Below are positions 1-11,276 of a DNA stretch of 64,000 nt, piece by piece. The stretch spans positions 114-64,113 of the forward strand of contig CAUWGE010000005.1 of NCBI GenBank assembly GCA_963558395.1, given 5' to 3'. The stretch comes from an uncultured Clostridia bacterium. Lineage in GTDB: Bacteria > Bacillota > Clostridia > TANB77 > CAG-508. The notes beneath the pieces are model-generated. The model worked only from the letters and a program-made list of their open reading frames with translations. It had not been told where the DNA came from and ran no database searches. The position numbers and the translations under genes are program-made. Numbering within the stretch: position 1 is the stretch's first letter; each line of letters starts with the position of its first letter.

Positions 1-662
1 ATTATTTCTCTAATAAATATCTCATCTCCATTATTATTTATATATCTTAGATTTGGAAATGTATATGACATTAGCTTATCATTAAAAATATAGTCTAAAG
101 CAGTTTCTTTATATTCTATTTTTTCGTATTTGCACTTCGCTCTATTCATATATACTGAAATTCCGGCTATTGTAATTATTACATCTATTATTAAGAAAAT
201 TATTATCCCTTTGTCTAAATACTTACTAGGAATTTTGTCAATATACTTATCTACCCATTTTTTTATAAATTTTATTAATATAACTGCTAGTATTCCCCAG
301 AATACTGTGTATGTAAGTGATACTCTTCCATTAATATGATAGTTTGTATATGAGTAATCCCAAAATCTACTTCCATACATAACTTGCATAACATAACTGC
401 AAATATATTCAAATATTGTTCCTGCAATTGCACCATAGATAAAAAGCTTTGGCATGCTTTTCTTTTCTCTACCTAATAGTATAATAAAAAATGCTGCACC
501 TACTCCATAAATTGGACAAAAAGGACCTAATATTAGTCCTTTCCTACTTTCCCAAATTCCCATTGTTATGAAACCATATAGTGTTTCTGTAATCAATCCT
601 AATATGCTAAATATTACTACATACCATAATATTCTATGTACTGTTATTTCTTTATTTTCCAT
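1..662 (-). CDS. Polytopic membrane protein, C-terminus cut by window edge; resembles the 'putative ABC-transporter type IV' (DUF1113-like) family
   Basis: Not in the ORF track because it stays open to base 1. My reverse-complement translation from ATG 662..660 gives MENKEITVHRILWYVVIFSILGLITETLYGFITMGIWESRKGLILGPFCPIYGVGAAFFIILLGREKK... It has several hydrophobic spans and a GPxCPIYG motif I recall from that family. It starts 4 nt after the upstream stop. Confidence 0.55.
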   Translation of the reverse strand, partial: MENKEITVHRILWYVVIFSILGLITETLYGFITMGIWESRKGLILGPFCPIYGVGAAFFIILLGREKKSMPKLFIYGAIAGTIFEYICSYVMQVMYGSRFWDYSYTNYHINGRVSLTYTVFWGILAVILIKFIKKWVDKYIDKIPSKYLDKGIIIFLIIDVIITIAGISVYMNRAKCKYEKIEYKETALDYIFNDKLMSYTFPNLRYINNNGDEIFIREI

Positions 663-665
663 ATA

Positions 666-1496
666 TTATATCTCCACTACGTCCATTTCTGAAGTAAAAT
701 TATTGTTTCCATATGGGAACACAATATATAATTCACCATTTGGTCCTTGAATGAAACTTTTTACATTTTCTATTTTGTACATTTCATTCGATATGTCTCT
801 TTGATATACACTGTACCCTGATTCTGCCATTTTTGCGGCATCTTCGCTAGCTTTTTTAATAGTTTTATCTATCTTATTTTGTACTACTGCTTCATCTATT
901 TCTCTTTTATCTAGGATCTCTTTTACTGTTACATCTTTCTCAGTTTCTAAGTCATAATTATATGTTTGAACAATGATTCTTTGGGGATTATCACCTTCTT
1001 TTATAGTTCCCATTATTGCTAGAGATAAGATATTTTCATTTGTATATGCTATATAATCCAAATTATATATTGTATATTCATCTACATTTGTTAACACTGA
1101 ATTTATTTTATCTACAAATATTTTTTGTGTAGTTTCGTTATATTTATTTGCTACTTCTGTGTTTATATTTACTATTGGTATATTTACATTTACACTATAT
1201 TTTCCCTCTACTGTTTCTTCAATGCCAAATGCTGTATATACTAAATCTTTCTCGGCTTCTTTTTTTTCTATTTCTTGTTCATTATAGTTAGAGTAAAATT
1301 CATTAGTAAATAAATCCAAAAATGATTGTTTTACATCTTGTCCAGTAATTAAATTACCATTTTCATTTTTTAAGTTTCCATCATCTTCTTCAGCTTTATC
1401 CTTCATAAAAAATTGACCATATACACCTATTCCTATTGCTACAATGCAAATAACTATAATTAATATGTATATAGCATATCTAGCTGTTTTGTTCAT
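666..1496 (-). CDS. Membrane-anchored protein of unknown function (one N-terminal TM helix; faintly DUF4163/DUF3298-like ectodomain)
   Basis: 276-aa ORF with TM anchor YAIYILIIVICIVAIGIGVYG. No catalytic motif recognised. The family guess rests on overall pattern only. Confidence 0.5.
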   Translation of the reverse strand: MNKTARYAIYILIIVICIVAIGIGVYGQFFMKDKAEEDDGNLKNENGNLITGQDVKQSFLDLFTNEFYSNYNEQEIEKKEAEKDLVYTAFGIEETVEGKYSVNVNIPIVNINTEVANKYNETTQKIFVDKINSVLTNVDEYTIYNLDYIAYTNENILSLAIMGTIKEGDNPQRIIVQTYNYDLETEKDVTVKEILDKREIDEAVVQNKIDKTIKKASEDAAKMAESGYSVYQRDISNEMYKIENVKSFIQGPNGELYIVFPYGNNNFTSEMDVVEI

Positions 1497-1556
1497 AAAA
1501 ACTTCATTCCTTTCCTACTTTACAAAATATTTTTGTTTGAATATTAGCCAATATTT

Positions 1557-2061
<505 letters not shown>

Positions 2062-2066
2062 TTAAT

Positions 2067-2924
2067 TTATTCTGCTACTGGAATTTTTCCAAGTTTCATT
2101 TCCTTATTATAGTCATAATCTATTATTTCAAAGTCTTCTACTTTAAAGTTGTAAAAATCTTTTGTTTTGTTATTGATTATAAGTTTAGGATGAACATCCA
2201 TTGCTTTTCCATCTAATAGTCTTTTTACAAGAGGAATATGTCTATCATAAATATGGCAATCGCCTATATTATGTGTAAGTGTCCCTACTTCTAAACCTGA
2301 AACTTGTGCAAACATGCATTGCAACGCTGCATATTGCATTACATTCCAGCCATTTGCTGCAAGCATATCTTGTGAACGTTGGTTTAAAATAAGATGTAAT
2401 TTTCCTTCCTTTACTAACCACTGTGTGCCATACACACATGGCTCTAGTGCCATATCTTTTAATTCTTCATGATTAAAAATGTTTGTCATAATTCTTCTGC
2501 TAGAAGTATCATTTTTTAATAAATATAGCACAAAATCAACTTGGTCCATCTTTTTTATTCCATCTTTTGTCTTAAACTCATACTTTTTACCCATTTGGTA
2601 TCCATATGCTTTTCCAATAGTTCCATTTTCATCTGCCCATTGATCCCAAATGTGTGAATTTAATTCATGTATATTATTTGATTTTTTTTGCCATATCCAA
2701 AGGACTTCATCTATTGCTCTTTTTACTGTTTGACTATTGTTTCTTAGTGTTATCATAGGAAATTCTTTTCCAACATCATATTTATTTGTAACACCTACAA
2801 TTGAAAAATAGTTTGCTTCTGTTCCATCTTGCCATCTTGTTCTTACATTTGTTCCTTCTGAAGAATATCCATTGTTTATAATTTCCTTACATGTTTCAAT
2901 AAAATTTTTATCTGCTTCTGTCAT
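2067..2924 (-). CDS. thyA: Thymidylate synthase (ThyA type, long Bacillus-ThyA-like form)
   Basis: 285 aa with the catalytic-Cys region LEPCVYGTQW and a C-terminal GDCHIYDRH motif. The DHFR gene lies immediately downstream (classic thyA-folA pair). Confidence 0.9.
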   Translation of the reverse strand: MTEADKNFIETCKEIINNGYSSEGTNVRTRWQDGTEANYFSIVGVTNKYDVGKEFPMITLRNNSQTVKRAIDEVLWIWQKKSNNIHELNSHIWDQWADENGTIGKAYGYQMGKKYEFKTKDGIKKMDQVDFVLYLLKNDTSSRRIMTNIFNHEELKDMALEPCVYGTQWLVKEGKLHLILNQRSQDMLAANGWNVMQYAALQCMFAQVSGLEVGTLTHNIGDCHIYDRHIPLVKRLLDGKAMDVHPKLIINNKTKDFYNFKVEDFEIIDYDYNKEMKLGKIPVAE

Positions 2925-2945
2925 AGCATTCTCCTTCTTTAGTTT

Positions 2946-3521
2946 CTATTTTTTCTTTTCTGGTACTGTTTTTGATTGTTTTTTTAATTGCTCTTTATTT
3001 GGTAAATACCCTCCTCCATAAAAATATGCTATATATTTTACTAGAGAGAAAATTGCAAATACTATTGCTACAACATAAATATATATATCGAATTTTGGCA
3101 ATGTAAATATTTTTATAATGCATGAGCTAACAACTGCTATATAAATAAGTACTGTTGTCATTTTTCCATACCATTTACTAGATACAACTAAGTCTTTACC
3201 ATATAAGAATGATGCCCCAGCTATCATTACACATTCTTTTATTAGTAATATAATAACTATCCAGATTGGAATAACATTCTTTAAAGATAGAGTTATTAGA
3301 ACTGATAACTGTGTAAGTTTATCTGCCAGTGGATCCATTAACTTTCCAAAGTCTGAAATAGCATTATACTTTCTCGCTATTTTTCCGTCTAATACATCAG
3401 TAAGTGAAGATAGTGTAAATAAGATTAATGCTAAAATATAATTATCATATGCTAATGCTACTATAATTGATGGTATAAATAAAAATCTAATTATTGTTAA
3501 GATGTTTGGTACATGTTTCAT
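2946..3521 (-). CDS. pgsA: CDP-diacylglycerol--glycerol-3-phosphate 3-phosphatidyltransferase
   Basis: CDP-alcohol phosphatidyltransferase signature DVLDGKIARKYNAISDFGKLMDPLADK in a multi-TM protein. Start trimmed to MKHVPNILT, which follows GGAGGA. Confidence 0.85.
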   Translation of the reverse strand: MKHVPNILTIIRFLFIPSIIVALAYDNYILALILFTLSSLTDVLDGKIARKYNAISDFGKLMDPLADKLTQLSVLITLSLKNVIPIWIVIILLIKECVMIAGASFLYGKDLVVSSKWYGKMTTVLIYIAVVSSCIIKIFTLPKFDIYIYVVAIVFAIFSLVKYIAYFYGGGYLPNKEQLKKQSKTVPEKKK

Positions 3522-3594
3522 AATATATCCTCCATACATTACTTTATCTGCATTAAGTAAAATATTCTTATATGCACTTTTTCATTTGTTTATC

Positions 3595-5928
3595 TTATTT
3601 TTTTATATTAAAAGTTAATTTATTATCCTGCTCGTCTATATGTATAGTTTGTCCATTACTTAAGTTTCCTCTTAATATCATTTCTGAAAGCTCATCTTCT
3701 ACATATCTTTGAACTGCTCTTCTTAATGGTCTTGCTCCATATTTTATATCTGTTCCCTTATCTAATAAATATTTTTTTGCCTCATCTGACACAAACATTT
3801 TTATATTTCTGTCATTTAACACTTCTTGAGTATCATTTAGCATAAGGTTTACTATCTCTGTTAACTCTTTATCACTTAGAGAATCAAACATTACTATTTC
3901 GTCAATTCTATTTAAAAACTCTGGTCTAAAAGTTTCTTTTAAACTATCTACAATTTTATTTTTTGCATATGTACTTGCTCCAAATCCTATTGAATTCATA
4001 TTCTGGTTTGAACCTACATTTGAAGTCATAATTATAATTGTATTTTCAAAACTTACTGTATTTCCTTGACTATCAGTTAATCTTCCATCATCTAAAACTT
4101 GAAGAAGTATATTAAATACATCATTATGTGCTTTTTCAATTTCATCTAAAAGCACTATTGAATATGGGTGTCTTTTTACCTTTTCAGTTAGCTGACCTGC
4201 ATCATCATATCCCACATATCCTGGAGGTGCTCCAACTAATTTTGCAGTTGAATTACTTTCCATATATTCAGACATATCTATTCTTATTATAGATTCTTCA
4301 CTTCCAAAAACTTCACAAGCTAAAGCTTTAGCAAGTTCTGTTTTTCCAACACCAGTTGGCCCAACAAATATAAATGATGGTGGTCTTTTTGTACTCTTTA
4401 GTCCCGCTCTATTTCTTCTAATTGCTCTACTAACCGCTTCTACTGCTTCATTTTGACCAATTACTCTTTTATGTAGATTTTCCTCTAATGATAGAAGTTT
4501 TTTTGTTTCTTCCTCTGTTATCTTTTGTACTGGTATTTTAGTCCAGTTTTCAATTACTTTTGCTACATCCTGAACTGTTAAACTTACTGGCTTTATACGA
4601 TTTTTTATTTTTTCTATTTGTTCTTCAAGTGAGCATTCTTTAGTTTTTAGCTCTGCCGCCTTTTTATAATCTTCTGTAGAATCAGCTTCGGCTGCTGTTT
4701 CTTTTTCTTCTTGCACTGCTGCGAGTTGATTTTTTAAGACTTCCAAGTCATATAAATCTTTGTTATTTAGGTTTATTCTTGAGCAAGCTTCGTCTAATAC
4801 ATCAATTGCCTTATCTGGTAAAAATCTATCATGTATATATTTTTCAGACATAATAACAGCTTTAGTTATAACTTCGTCTGGAATCTCTACTTTATGGTAA
4901 TTTTCGTAATATTTTTTTATTCCCTTTAGTATCTCTATTGCGTCATCTACTGATGGTTCTTCTACAATTACTGGCTGGAATCTACGCTCTAAAGCAGAAT
5001 CTTTTTCTATGTACTTTCTATATTCGTTTAATGTGGTAGTTCCAATCAATTGAATAGAACCATCTGCTAAAGAAGGTTTTAAGATATTTGCAGCATTCAT
5101 TGAATGGTCTCCATCCCCCGCACCAATTATATTATGGATTTCATCAATTACCATAATAATATTTCCAGCCTGTTTACATTCTTCGATAATAGACTTCATC
5201 CTTGATTCAAATTGACCTCTAAACTGAGTTCCGGCGACAATTGCTGTCATGTCAACTAAAAATACTTCTTTATTAAGTAATTTAGCTGGCACATCTCCAT
5301 CTGCTATTCTTAGTGCTAATCCTTGAGCAATTGCAGTTTTTCCCACTCCCGGCTCTCCTATTAAGCATGGATTATTTTTTGTTCTTCTGTTTAATATTTC
5401 TATAATTCTTGAAATTTCTTTTTCTCTACCTATAACTCTATCAATCTCGTTGTTTTTTGCTTTATTTGTAAGATTTACTCCATATGTATATAATGTCTTT
5501 AACTTTTTATTTTGTTTCTTCTCCTCTTTTGTTTGCTTCTTAGATTTTGTATCTTTTTCCTCATCATTTTTTCCCATCATGCCTGAGAATATTGAGCCAA
5601 TAGGAATAGCAAAACCTTTTGGAATATTTTCTCCATCTTCTGAATCTTCACTATTCATCTGGTTTGATAAATTTTCTAATTCTTCTTCTGTTATTCCCTG
5701 AATAGCTAAATTTCCAGATATATCTTTAAACATTTCATTTAGTTGTTCAGTCATATTATTTAAATCTGTTTCAGAAAGGTTAGCATTTCCTGTTAAAGAA
5801 TTAAGTGGATTAATTCCTCTCTTTTTAGCACAGCTATAACAATAACCTTCTGTTTTCATTTCCCCTTTTTCATTTTGTTTATTTATAAAAATGACTGCTG
5901 CATTTTTATTACAATCTGAACATAACAT
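3595..5928 (-). CDS. clpE: Class III Clp/Hsp100 AAA+ unfoldase, ClpE-like (N-terminal Zn-ribbon instead of Clp_N repeats)
   Basis: Two AAA+ modules (GEPGVGKTAIA and GPTGVGKTELAK Walker A), a UVR-like linker, and an IGF ClpP-docking loop (NSIGFGAS). The N-terminus MLCSDCNKNAAVIF...CYSCAKK is a CxxC...CxxC finger as in ClpE. Confidence 0.8.
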   Translation of the reverse strand: MLCSDCNKNAAVIFINKQNEKGEMKTEGYCYSCAKKRGINPLNSLTGNANLSETDLNNMTEQLNEMFKDISGNLAIQGITEEELENLSNQMNSEDSEDGENIPKGFAIPIGSIFSGMMGKNDEEKDTKSKKQTKEEKKQNKKLKTLYTYGVNLTNKAKNNEIDRVIGREKEISRIIEILNRRTKNNPCLIGEPGVGKTAIAQGLALRIADGDVPAKLLNKEVFLVDMTAIVAGTQFRGQFESRMKSIIEECKQAGNIIMVIDEIHNIIGAGDGDHSMNAANILKPSLADGSIQLIGTTTLNEYRKYIEKDSALERRFQPVIVEEPSVDDAIEILKGIKKYYENYHKVEIPDEVITKAVIMSEKYIHDRFLPDKAIDVLDEACSRINLNNKDLYDLEVLKNQLAAVQEEKETAAEADSTEDYKKAAELKTKECSLEEQIEKIKNRIKPVSLTVQDVAKVIENWTKIPVQKITEEETKKLLSLEENLHKRVIGQNEAVEAVSRAIRRNRAGLKSTKRPPSFIFVGPTGVGKTELAKALACEVFGSEESIIRIDMSEYMESNSTAKLVGAPPGYVGYDDAGQLTEKVKRHPYSIVLLDEIEKAHNDVFNILLQVLDDGRLTDSQGNTVSFENTIIIMTSNVGSNQNMNSIGFGASTYAKNKIVDSLKETFRPEFLNRIDEIVMFDSLSDKELTEIVNLMLNDTQEVLNDRNIKMFVSDEAKKYLLDKGTDIKYGARPLRRAVQRYVEDELSEMILRGNLSNGQTIHIDEQDNKLTFNIKK

Positions 5929-5972
5929 ATATATTTTTTTCTCCTATTCTACTAGTTAATTTAATATACTAT

Positions 5973-6001
5973 ATAATACATTAAATTTGTACAATAGTCA
6001 A
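5973..6001 (-). promoter_or_regulatory. Predicted sigmaA promoter of clpE (TTGACT-17-TATTAT)
   Basis: On the minus strand: TTGACTattgtacaaatttaatgTATTAT, about 45 nt upstream of the ATG. Confidence 0.45.
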
Positions 6002-6044
6002 TATTCTATGCTTATTCAAAGTCACTTAATATTGCAATTTGAAG

Positions 6045-6644
6045 TTACTCAAAGTCCTCCAATTTTTTAGCAAGATCAGCATCACCATCTGCTCTTATTC
6101 CATGCTTTAATAATTCTAAATCTTCTTTTGGTAAATACATAATTGGTATGTCCGTAACTTCTTTTAATGAAGTATTACCTTCATCATCTATTGTATGAAC
6201 TACAATATTGTTATCGTCCACAGTTATTAAATAATGTTCATTACATTCTCCTGATATTTCTCTATATAATCTAACTTGATTTTCTGTAAACACCTTTACT
6301 TCCCAGTCTTCATACTCTTTTTTTATTTCTTCTTCTGTTTTGTTTACTTGTGAAGCGTCTACGCTTTGTTTTTTCACAATAGTGTGATTACATTCATTGT
6401 AAAACTCTTCAAAATATAAAATTGCATTAGGTGACAGTTTCTTTTCGTTGCTACTTGCAGATATGGTATTATTAAACTCTAAAACATTTACAAGATTTTT
6501 TTCTATAAGTTCATTTGCTTTTTTTATCTCATTTATTTGAGCTTCTTTTAATGGCCTATCTCCTAAAATACTTGCCATTATCCCTGATATTACACCTAAG
6601 ATTATAGCTACTAAAATCCATATTATCACTGTTGTTTTTTTCAT
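6045..6644 (-). CDS. Membrane-anchored protein with BofC-C-terminal-like domain (unknown function)
   Basis: Start trimmed to MKKTTVIIWILVAIILG (AAGGAGAG SD). The C-terminal pattern GECNEHYLITVDDNNIVVHTIDDEGN...LPKEDLELLKHGI resembles BofC-type domains from memory. Confidence 0.45.
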   Translation of the reverse strand: MKKTTVIIWILVAIILGVISGIMASILGDRPLKEAQINEIKKANELIEKNLVNVLEFNNTISASSNEKKLSPNAILYFEEFYNECNHTIVKKQSVDASQVNKTEEEIKKEYEDWEVKVFTENQVRLYREISGECNEHYLITVDDNNIVVHTIDDEGNTSLKEVTDIPIMYLPKEDLELLKHGIRADGDADLAKKLEDFE

Positions 6645-6728
6645 ATAAAGGCTCTCCTTCTTGCTCTTCAAGCATATCATTATATTTCTTAACAACAGTA
6701 TCTCCATATTTTATAAATTTATTCTATT

Positions 6729-8948
6729 TCATTTCACATTATAGCTTTTTCCATTACTCGTTATTGTTATTTCTCCTAACATATCGGTTCTATATGTTTT
6801 GCATCCACTTTGCTCTAGTCTATTTAATACCATATCATTTGGATGTCCAAAATTATTATTTTCTCCAACACCAATTAAAGCAAGACTTGGTTTAACAATC
6901 TCTAAAAATTCCTGCATAGTAGAAGATTTTGAACCATGATGTGCCACTTTAAGAATATCTGATTTTAATTTTTCTTCTTTATTTTTATACATTTCTAAAA
7001 TTTTTCTTTCTGCCTTTTCTTCAATATCTCCTGTAAAAAGCATTGAAAATTTATTCCATGTTAATTTAAATACAATTGCATTATTATTTTTTGCATTATC
7101 ATTTATTTTTTCATTTTTATCAGGATATAAAATTTCTATAATTTTATTTTTTCCTAATTTTATTATACTCCCTTTTTGAACATATCTTATTTTTGTTTTA
7201 TTCTCTTTAGCTAATCTTACAAAGTGGTTATATTCTTCTGATTCCTGCCCTATATTACAAATTATAGCCGTTTTTACTTTCATATTTTTAAGAATAAAAT
7301 TAAATCCTTGGCAGTGGTCTGAATCAAAATGTGACACTATTACATAGTCTAAGCTCACAATCCCTCTATCTAACAAATATGGAAACACTGTATTTTTACC
7401 TACATCAAAACTTTTTTCGTCCTTACTTCCTCCAGCGTCAACCAAAATATTTTTTCCATTTGCCCTTATTAAAGTACAGTCCCCTTGCCCCACATCAATA
7501 AAATTTATTTCTAATCCAATTCTTTTTGAACTTAGTATTGGATATCCTAAATTAAATATAATAATAAGAATTAATATGGCTATTCTTACTTTTAGAGTAT
7601 TAAATATTCTTACTCTTAATCTATCTCTATTAATGATAAAAAATAAATAAGAATAAAATATAAGTATTCCTAATATTTTAGGTGTTGGTACATAAATATA
7701 CGAAAAAGGAAGTTTGCTACAAACCTCTGCAATTTTCGTTAATGCTTTTAGAAGAAAATTTAAGATATAAAAAAATATGCTCAAAGTCTGACCTAGCATT
7801 AAAGATAAAAAAACTAACAAAAAACCTAAAATTACTATGATACCCAGAAGTCCACCTGCTAGTAAATTTGAAACTATAAATGAAAATGAAATAGTGTTAA
7901 AGTTATATATCATTATTGGTATTATGACTAAATTTGCAGATATTGTTACACTTGTTCCTTCTAGAATATATTGTAACATTTTACTTTCTTTATGCATTTT
8001 TATTATAATTTTTCCTAAAGTATCTTTAACCTTATCATAAAATATAACTATTCCAATTACTCCTCCATATGAAAGCTCAAAGCCTATGTCAAATAATGTA
8101 TATGGATTATAAACTAATGCTAATACCGCAGAAAGTGCCATATTGGTCCATACGTCTGATTTTCTATGAAAAAACTTAGCTACAATCAGCATAATTGCCA
8201 TTATTCCAGACCTTACAACAGAAGCTGTATTGCCAGTTAAATTCATAAATAAAACTATTATAATTATTGTTAATACTTTATTAAAATTTCTCCATTTAAT
8301 AACTTTTTCTAAGTATTTTATACATATTATTATATAAACAAAGTGTGAGCCAGAAACTGCAAGCATATGAGTAAGATTAGATTTTTTAAAGTCCTCTTCT
8401 ATTTTTTCATCTAAATTGTTTCTATCTCCAATCAATATTCCTATACAAAGTTCTGCTAAATCTTCATCTAAGTTATCTCTTAGTGCCTTTTTAGTCTTTT
8501 CCTTGAAATTATTAACTATTTTTTCCACATAACTGCAACAACTTGTGGAAAGTACAATATAACTTGAGCCTTCAAATGTTCCATACAGCTTTTGAGTTTT
8601 TAAGTATAAAGAATAGTCAAATCCATGATAATTCCTTCTTCCTGTTGGCTTTACATATTCTCCTGTAAATTTTATTTTATCTCCAAAGCTTAATTTCTTA
8701 CCTTTTTTCTTAGTTTTTAATATAAACCTCTTGTTATTTAATTTTTTATTTTTACTTTGTAATTTTACAATATATTCATAACTATACTCATTTTCTCCTT
8801 TTTCATTAACAATTATTCCTTCATAATTATTCTCCTTTTTTAGGCTTTTCCAGACCTTTTCATAATCTCCCATAGGAATTTTTAAATAATAAAATAATAT
8901 TATTAGAAAAATAAATAAAAGGGCTATATAGCAGATTGGTCTTTTCAT
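6729..8948 (-). CDS. comEC: DNA internalization competence protein ComEC/Rec2
   Basis: Polytopic competence domain followed by a metallo-beta-lactamase domain (IDVGQGDC, SHFDSDHCQG, VAHHGS). Start trimmed to MKRPICYIALLF. Confidence 0.85.
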   Translation of the reverse strand: MKRPICYIALLFIFLIILFYYLKIPMGDYEKVWKSLKKENNYEGIIVNEKGENEYSYEYIVKLQSKNKKLNNKRFILKTKKKGKKLSFGDKIKFTGEYVKPTGRRNYHGFDYSLYLKTQKLYGTFEGSSYIVLSTSCCSYVEKIVNNFKEKTKKALRDNLDEDLAELCIGILIGDRNNLDEKIEEDFKKSNLTHMLAVSGSHFVYIIICIKYLEKVIKWRNFNKVLTIIIIVLFMNLTGNTASVVRSGIMAIMLIVAKFFHRKSDVWTNMALSAVLALVYNPYTLFDIGFELSYGGVIGIVIFYDKVKDTLGKIIIKMHKESKMLQYILEGTSVTISANLVIIPIMIYNFNTISFSFIVSNLLAGGLLGIIVILGFLLVFLSLMLGQTLSIFFYILNFLLKALTKIAEVCSKLPFSYIYVPTPKILGILIFYSYLFFIINRDRLRVRIFNTLKVRIAILILIIIFNLGYPILSSKRIGLEINFIDVGQGDCTLIRANGKNILVDAGGSKDEKSFDVGKNTVFPYLLDRGIVSLDYVIVSHFDSDHCQGFNFILKNMKVKTAIICNIGQESEEYNHFVRLAKENKTKIRYVQKGSIIKLGKNKIIEILYPDKNEKINDNAKNNNAIVFKLTWNKFSMLFTGDIEEKAERKILEMYKNKEEKLKSDILKVAHHGSKSSTMQEFLEIVKPSLALIGVGENNNFGHPNDMVLNRLEQSGCKTYRTDMLGEITITSNGKSYNVK

Positions 8949-8991
8949 TCCATTCCTTCCTCTATGCCCCATTATAACTTAATTTACAAAA

Positions 8992-9855
8992 TTATTTTTT
9001 AGTTGTTGATAAATACTTTTTCATCATATATCCTGAACCGTCGCTTAAGTTAACTTTGTACCATTCACCTTTTTCTCCGTTTACAGTTACAGGAGTATTT
9101 AATCCTACACTAGTAACTATTTCTGATTCAGTTGAAGTACTTTCTCTTACATATACTGCTTCAACATTTACATACATTGTAGCTGGAAAATCTATATCTT
9201 CTTTTAGATTTCCATCATTAATTACTTCTTCTGGAGAAGTTTCGTTTTTATCTTGTGTATTAGTTATATTTTCATCGTTATTTACTGTATTATTATTTGC
9301 TACTTCGTTATTTGTAGTTTCATTATTTGCTTGTTCATTGTCATCTGAATTGTTATCTTCCAAGTTCGTATTTTCTAAGCCATTTACATTTTCTTTATAT
9401 ATCCAACCTGAAATATTGTCTGTTTGCACATATGCCCATTTTCCTGCAATAGATACAACTAAAACTTCGTTTCCTACCTTTAAATTTCCTATTTTAGTTG
9501 AATTTAATAGTGGCAATACATAAATATCTACATCTTTGTTAATTATACCTTTTGAGTTTGCTTTAGCTGGTACATCTTTATTTATTTTTTCTTCTTTTAT
9601 TTTAACATATTCCTTATTTACATATCCTACATATTCATTATATTTAACTTTATACCATCCACTTTCTTCTAAAAGTATTTCAAATTCTGCATCTCCTGGC
9701 ATTTTAGTTAAAAGTTTAGAACTAGCTGTTGCACTTTCCCTTAAATTTAAATAATCTGAATTTTGTATTGTTCCCGTTTTTGCAAATGTTATATTAATTC
9801 CTATAATTAAAGTTATAGCAATTATTGCTAGTACACTTATTATTCTATACTTCAT
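8992..9855 (-). CDS. Secreted protein with three bacterial SH3 (SH3b) repeats and an Asn-rich linker
   Basis: Signal/anchor MKYRIISVLAIIAITLIIGINITFA. There are three repeats of the type ..LNLRE..S..S....K...G.....L..E..GWYKV......GYV...Y. Confidence 0.75.
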   Translation of the reverse strand: MKYRIISVLAIIAITLIIGINITFAKTGTIQNSDYLNLRESATASSKLLTKMPGDAEFEILLEESGWYKVKYNEYVGYVNKEYVKIKEEKINKDVPAKANSKGIINKDVDIYVLPLLNSTKIGNLKVGNEVLVVSIAGKWAYVQTDNISGWIYKENVNGLENTNLEDNNSDDNEQANNETTNNEVANNNTVNNDENITNTQDKNETSPEEVINDGNLKEDIDFPATMYVNVEAVYVRESTSTESEIVTSVGLNTPVTVNGEKGEWYKVNLSDGSGYMMKKYLSTTKK

Positions 9856-9974
9856 ATCTTTTTCCTTTCACTTTTAAAGTATATAATGGATTTTTCAAAA
9901 TGTCAATAGCCCTAAAACGCAAAAAAATAGCAAGGTGTCACAAAAACCGTGACATCCCTACTATTTATATATTA

Positions 9975-11177
9975 TTACTCAATTATTTCTGAAACAACTC
10001 CAGAACCAACTGTCTTACCACCTTCACGGATAGCAAATCTTAATCCTTGTTCAATAGCGATTGGTGTGATTAATTCGATTGTCATATCTACGTTATCTCC
10101 TGGCATTACCATTTCTGTTCCTGCTGGTAAGTCAATTAAACCTGTAACGTCTGTTGTTCTGAAATAGAATTGTGGTCTATATCCATTGAAGAATGGTGTA
10201 TGACGTCCACCTTCTTCTTTTGTTAGAACGTATACTTGAGCTTTGAATTTTGTATGAGGATGAATTGATCCTGGTTTTGCAAGAACTTGACCTCTTTCAA
10301 TTTCGTCTCTTTGAATACCTCTTAATAGAACACCTACGTTATCTCCAGCTTCAGCTTGATCTAATGTTTTTCTGAACATTTCGATACCTGTTACAACTGT
10401 TTTCTTAGATTCTTTTGATAAACCTACTATTTCAACTTCATCAGAAAGTTTTAACTCTCCTCTTTCTACTCTACCTGTTACAACTGTTCCTCTTCCTGAA
10501 ATTGTCATAACGTCTTCGATAGGCATAATGAAAGCTTGGTCAACTGGTCTTTCTGGTGTTGGAATATAGCTATCAACTGCTTCCATTAATTCTTTAATGC
10601 ATTGATATTCTGGTGCTTCTGGATCTTTTGATGCTGATTCTAGTACTTTTAAAGATGAACCTTTTATAACTGGAATATCATCTCCTGGGAATCCATAGCT
10701 TGAAAGTAAATCTCTAACTTCCATTTCTACTAATTCTAATAATTCAGGGTCGTCAACCATATCACATTTATTTAAGTAAACAACGATGTATTTAACACCA
10801 ACTTGTCTAGCTAAAAGTATATGCTCTCTTGTTTGAGGCATTGGACCATCAGCTGCTGATACAACAAGTATTGCTCCATCCATTTGAGCAGCACCTGTAA
10901 TCATGTTCTTTACGTAGTCTGCGTGACCTGGGCAGTCAACGTGAGCATAGTGTCTGTTATCTGTTTCATACTCAACGTGTGCAGTATTAATTGTGATACC
11001 TCTTGCCTTTTCTTCTGGTGCACTATCAATTGCTGCATATTCTTCAAATTGTGCATATCCTTTTAAGCTTAACCATTTTGTTATAGCTGCTGTTGTTGTT
11101 GTTTTACCATGGTCAACGTGACCGATTGTTCCTATGTTAACATGTGGCTTACTTCTAACAAATTTTTCCTTAGCCAT
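9975..11177 (-). CDS. tuf: Elongation factor Tu
   Basis: [39 protein letters not shown]; 400 aa. Confidence 0.98.
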   Translation of the reverse strand: MAKEKFVRSKPHVNIGTIGHVDHGKTTTTAAITKWLSLKGYAQFEEYAAIDSAPEEKARGITINTAHVEYETDNRHYAHVDCPGHADYVKNMITGAAQMDGAILVVSAADGPMPQTREHILLARQVGVKYIVVYLNKCDMVDDPELLELVEMEVRDLLSSYGFPGDDIPVIKGSSLKVLESASKDPEAPEYQCIKELMEAVDSYIPTPERPVDQAFIMPIEDVMTISGRGTVVTGRVERGELKLSDEVEIVGLSKESKKTVVTGIEMFRKTLDQAEAGDNVGVLLRGIQRDEIERGQVLAKPGSIHPHTKFKAQVYVLTKEEGGRHTPFFNGYRPQFYFRTTDVTGLIDLPAGTEMVMPGDNVDMTIELITPIAIEQGLRFAIREGGKTVGSGVVSEIIE

Positions 11178-11276
11178 TTTTAAATCCTCCTTAATTTTTT
11201 ATTTATTAATCTTAAACATTAATAACTTTGTTTTGCATTCATATTCTATAATATTTTACTAAAAAATGCAAGTATT

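Noticed and set aside
5929-6044. Looked for a CtsR operator (tandem GGTCAAA heptads) upstream of clpE
   Set aside because: Only isolated AGTCAAT and AAGTCAC sequences are present, about 20 nt apart. That is neither the 3-nt-spaced direct repeat nor close enough to consensus. No claim made.
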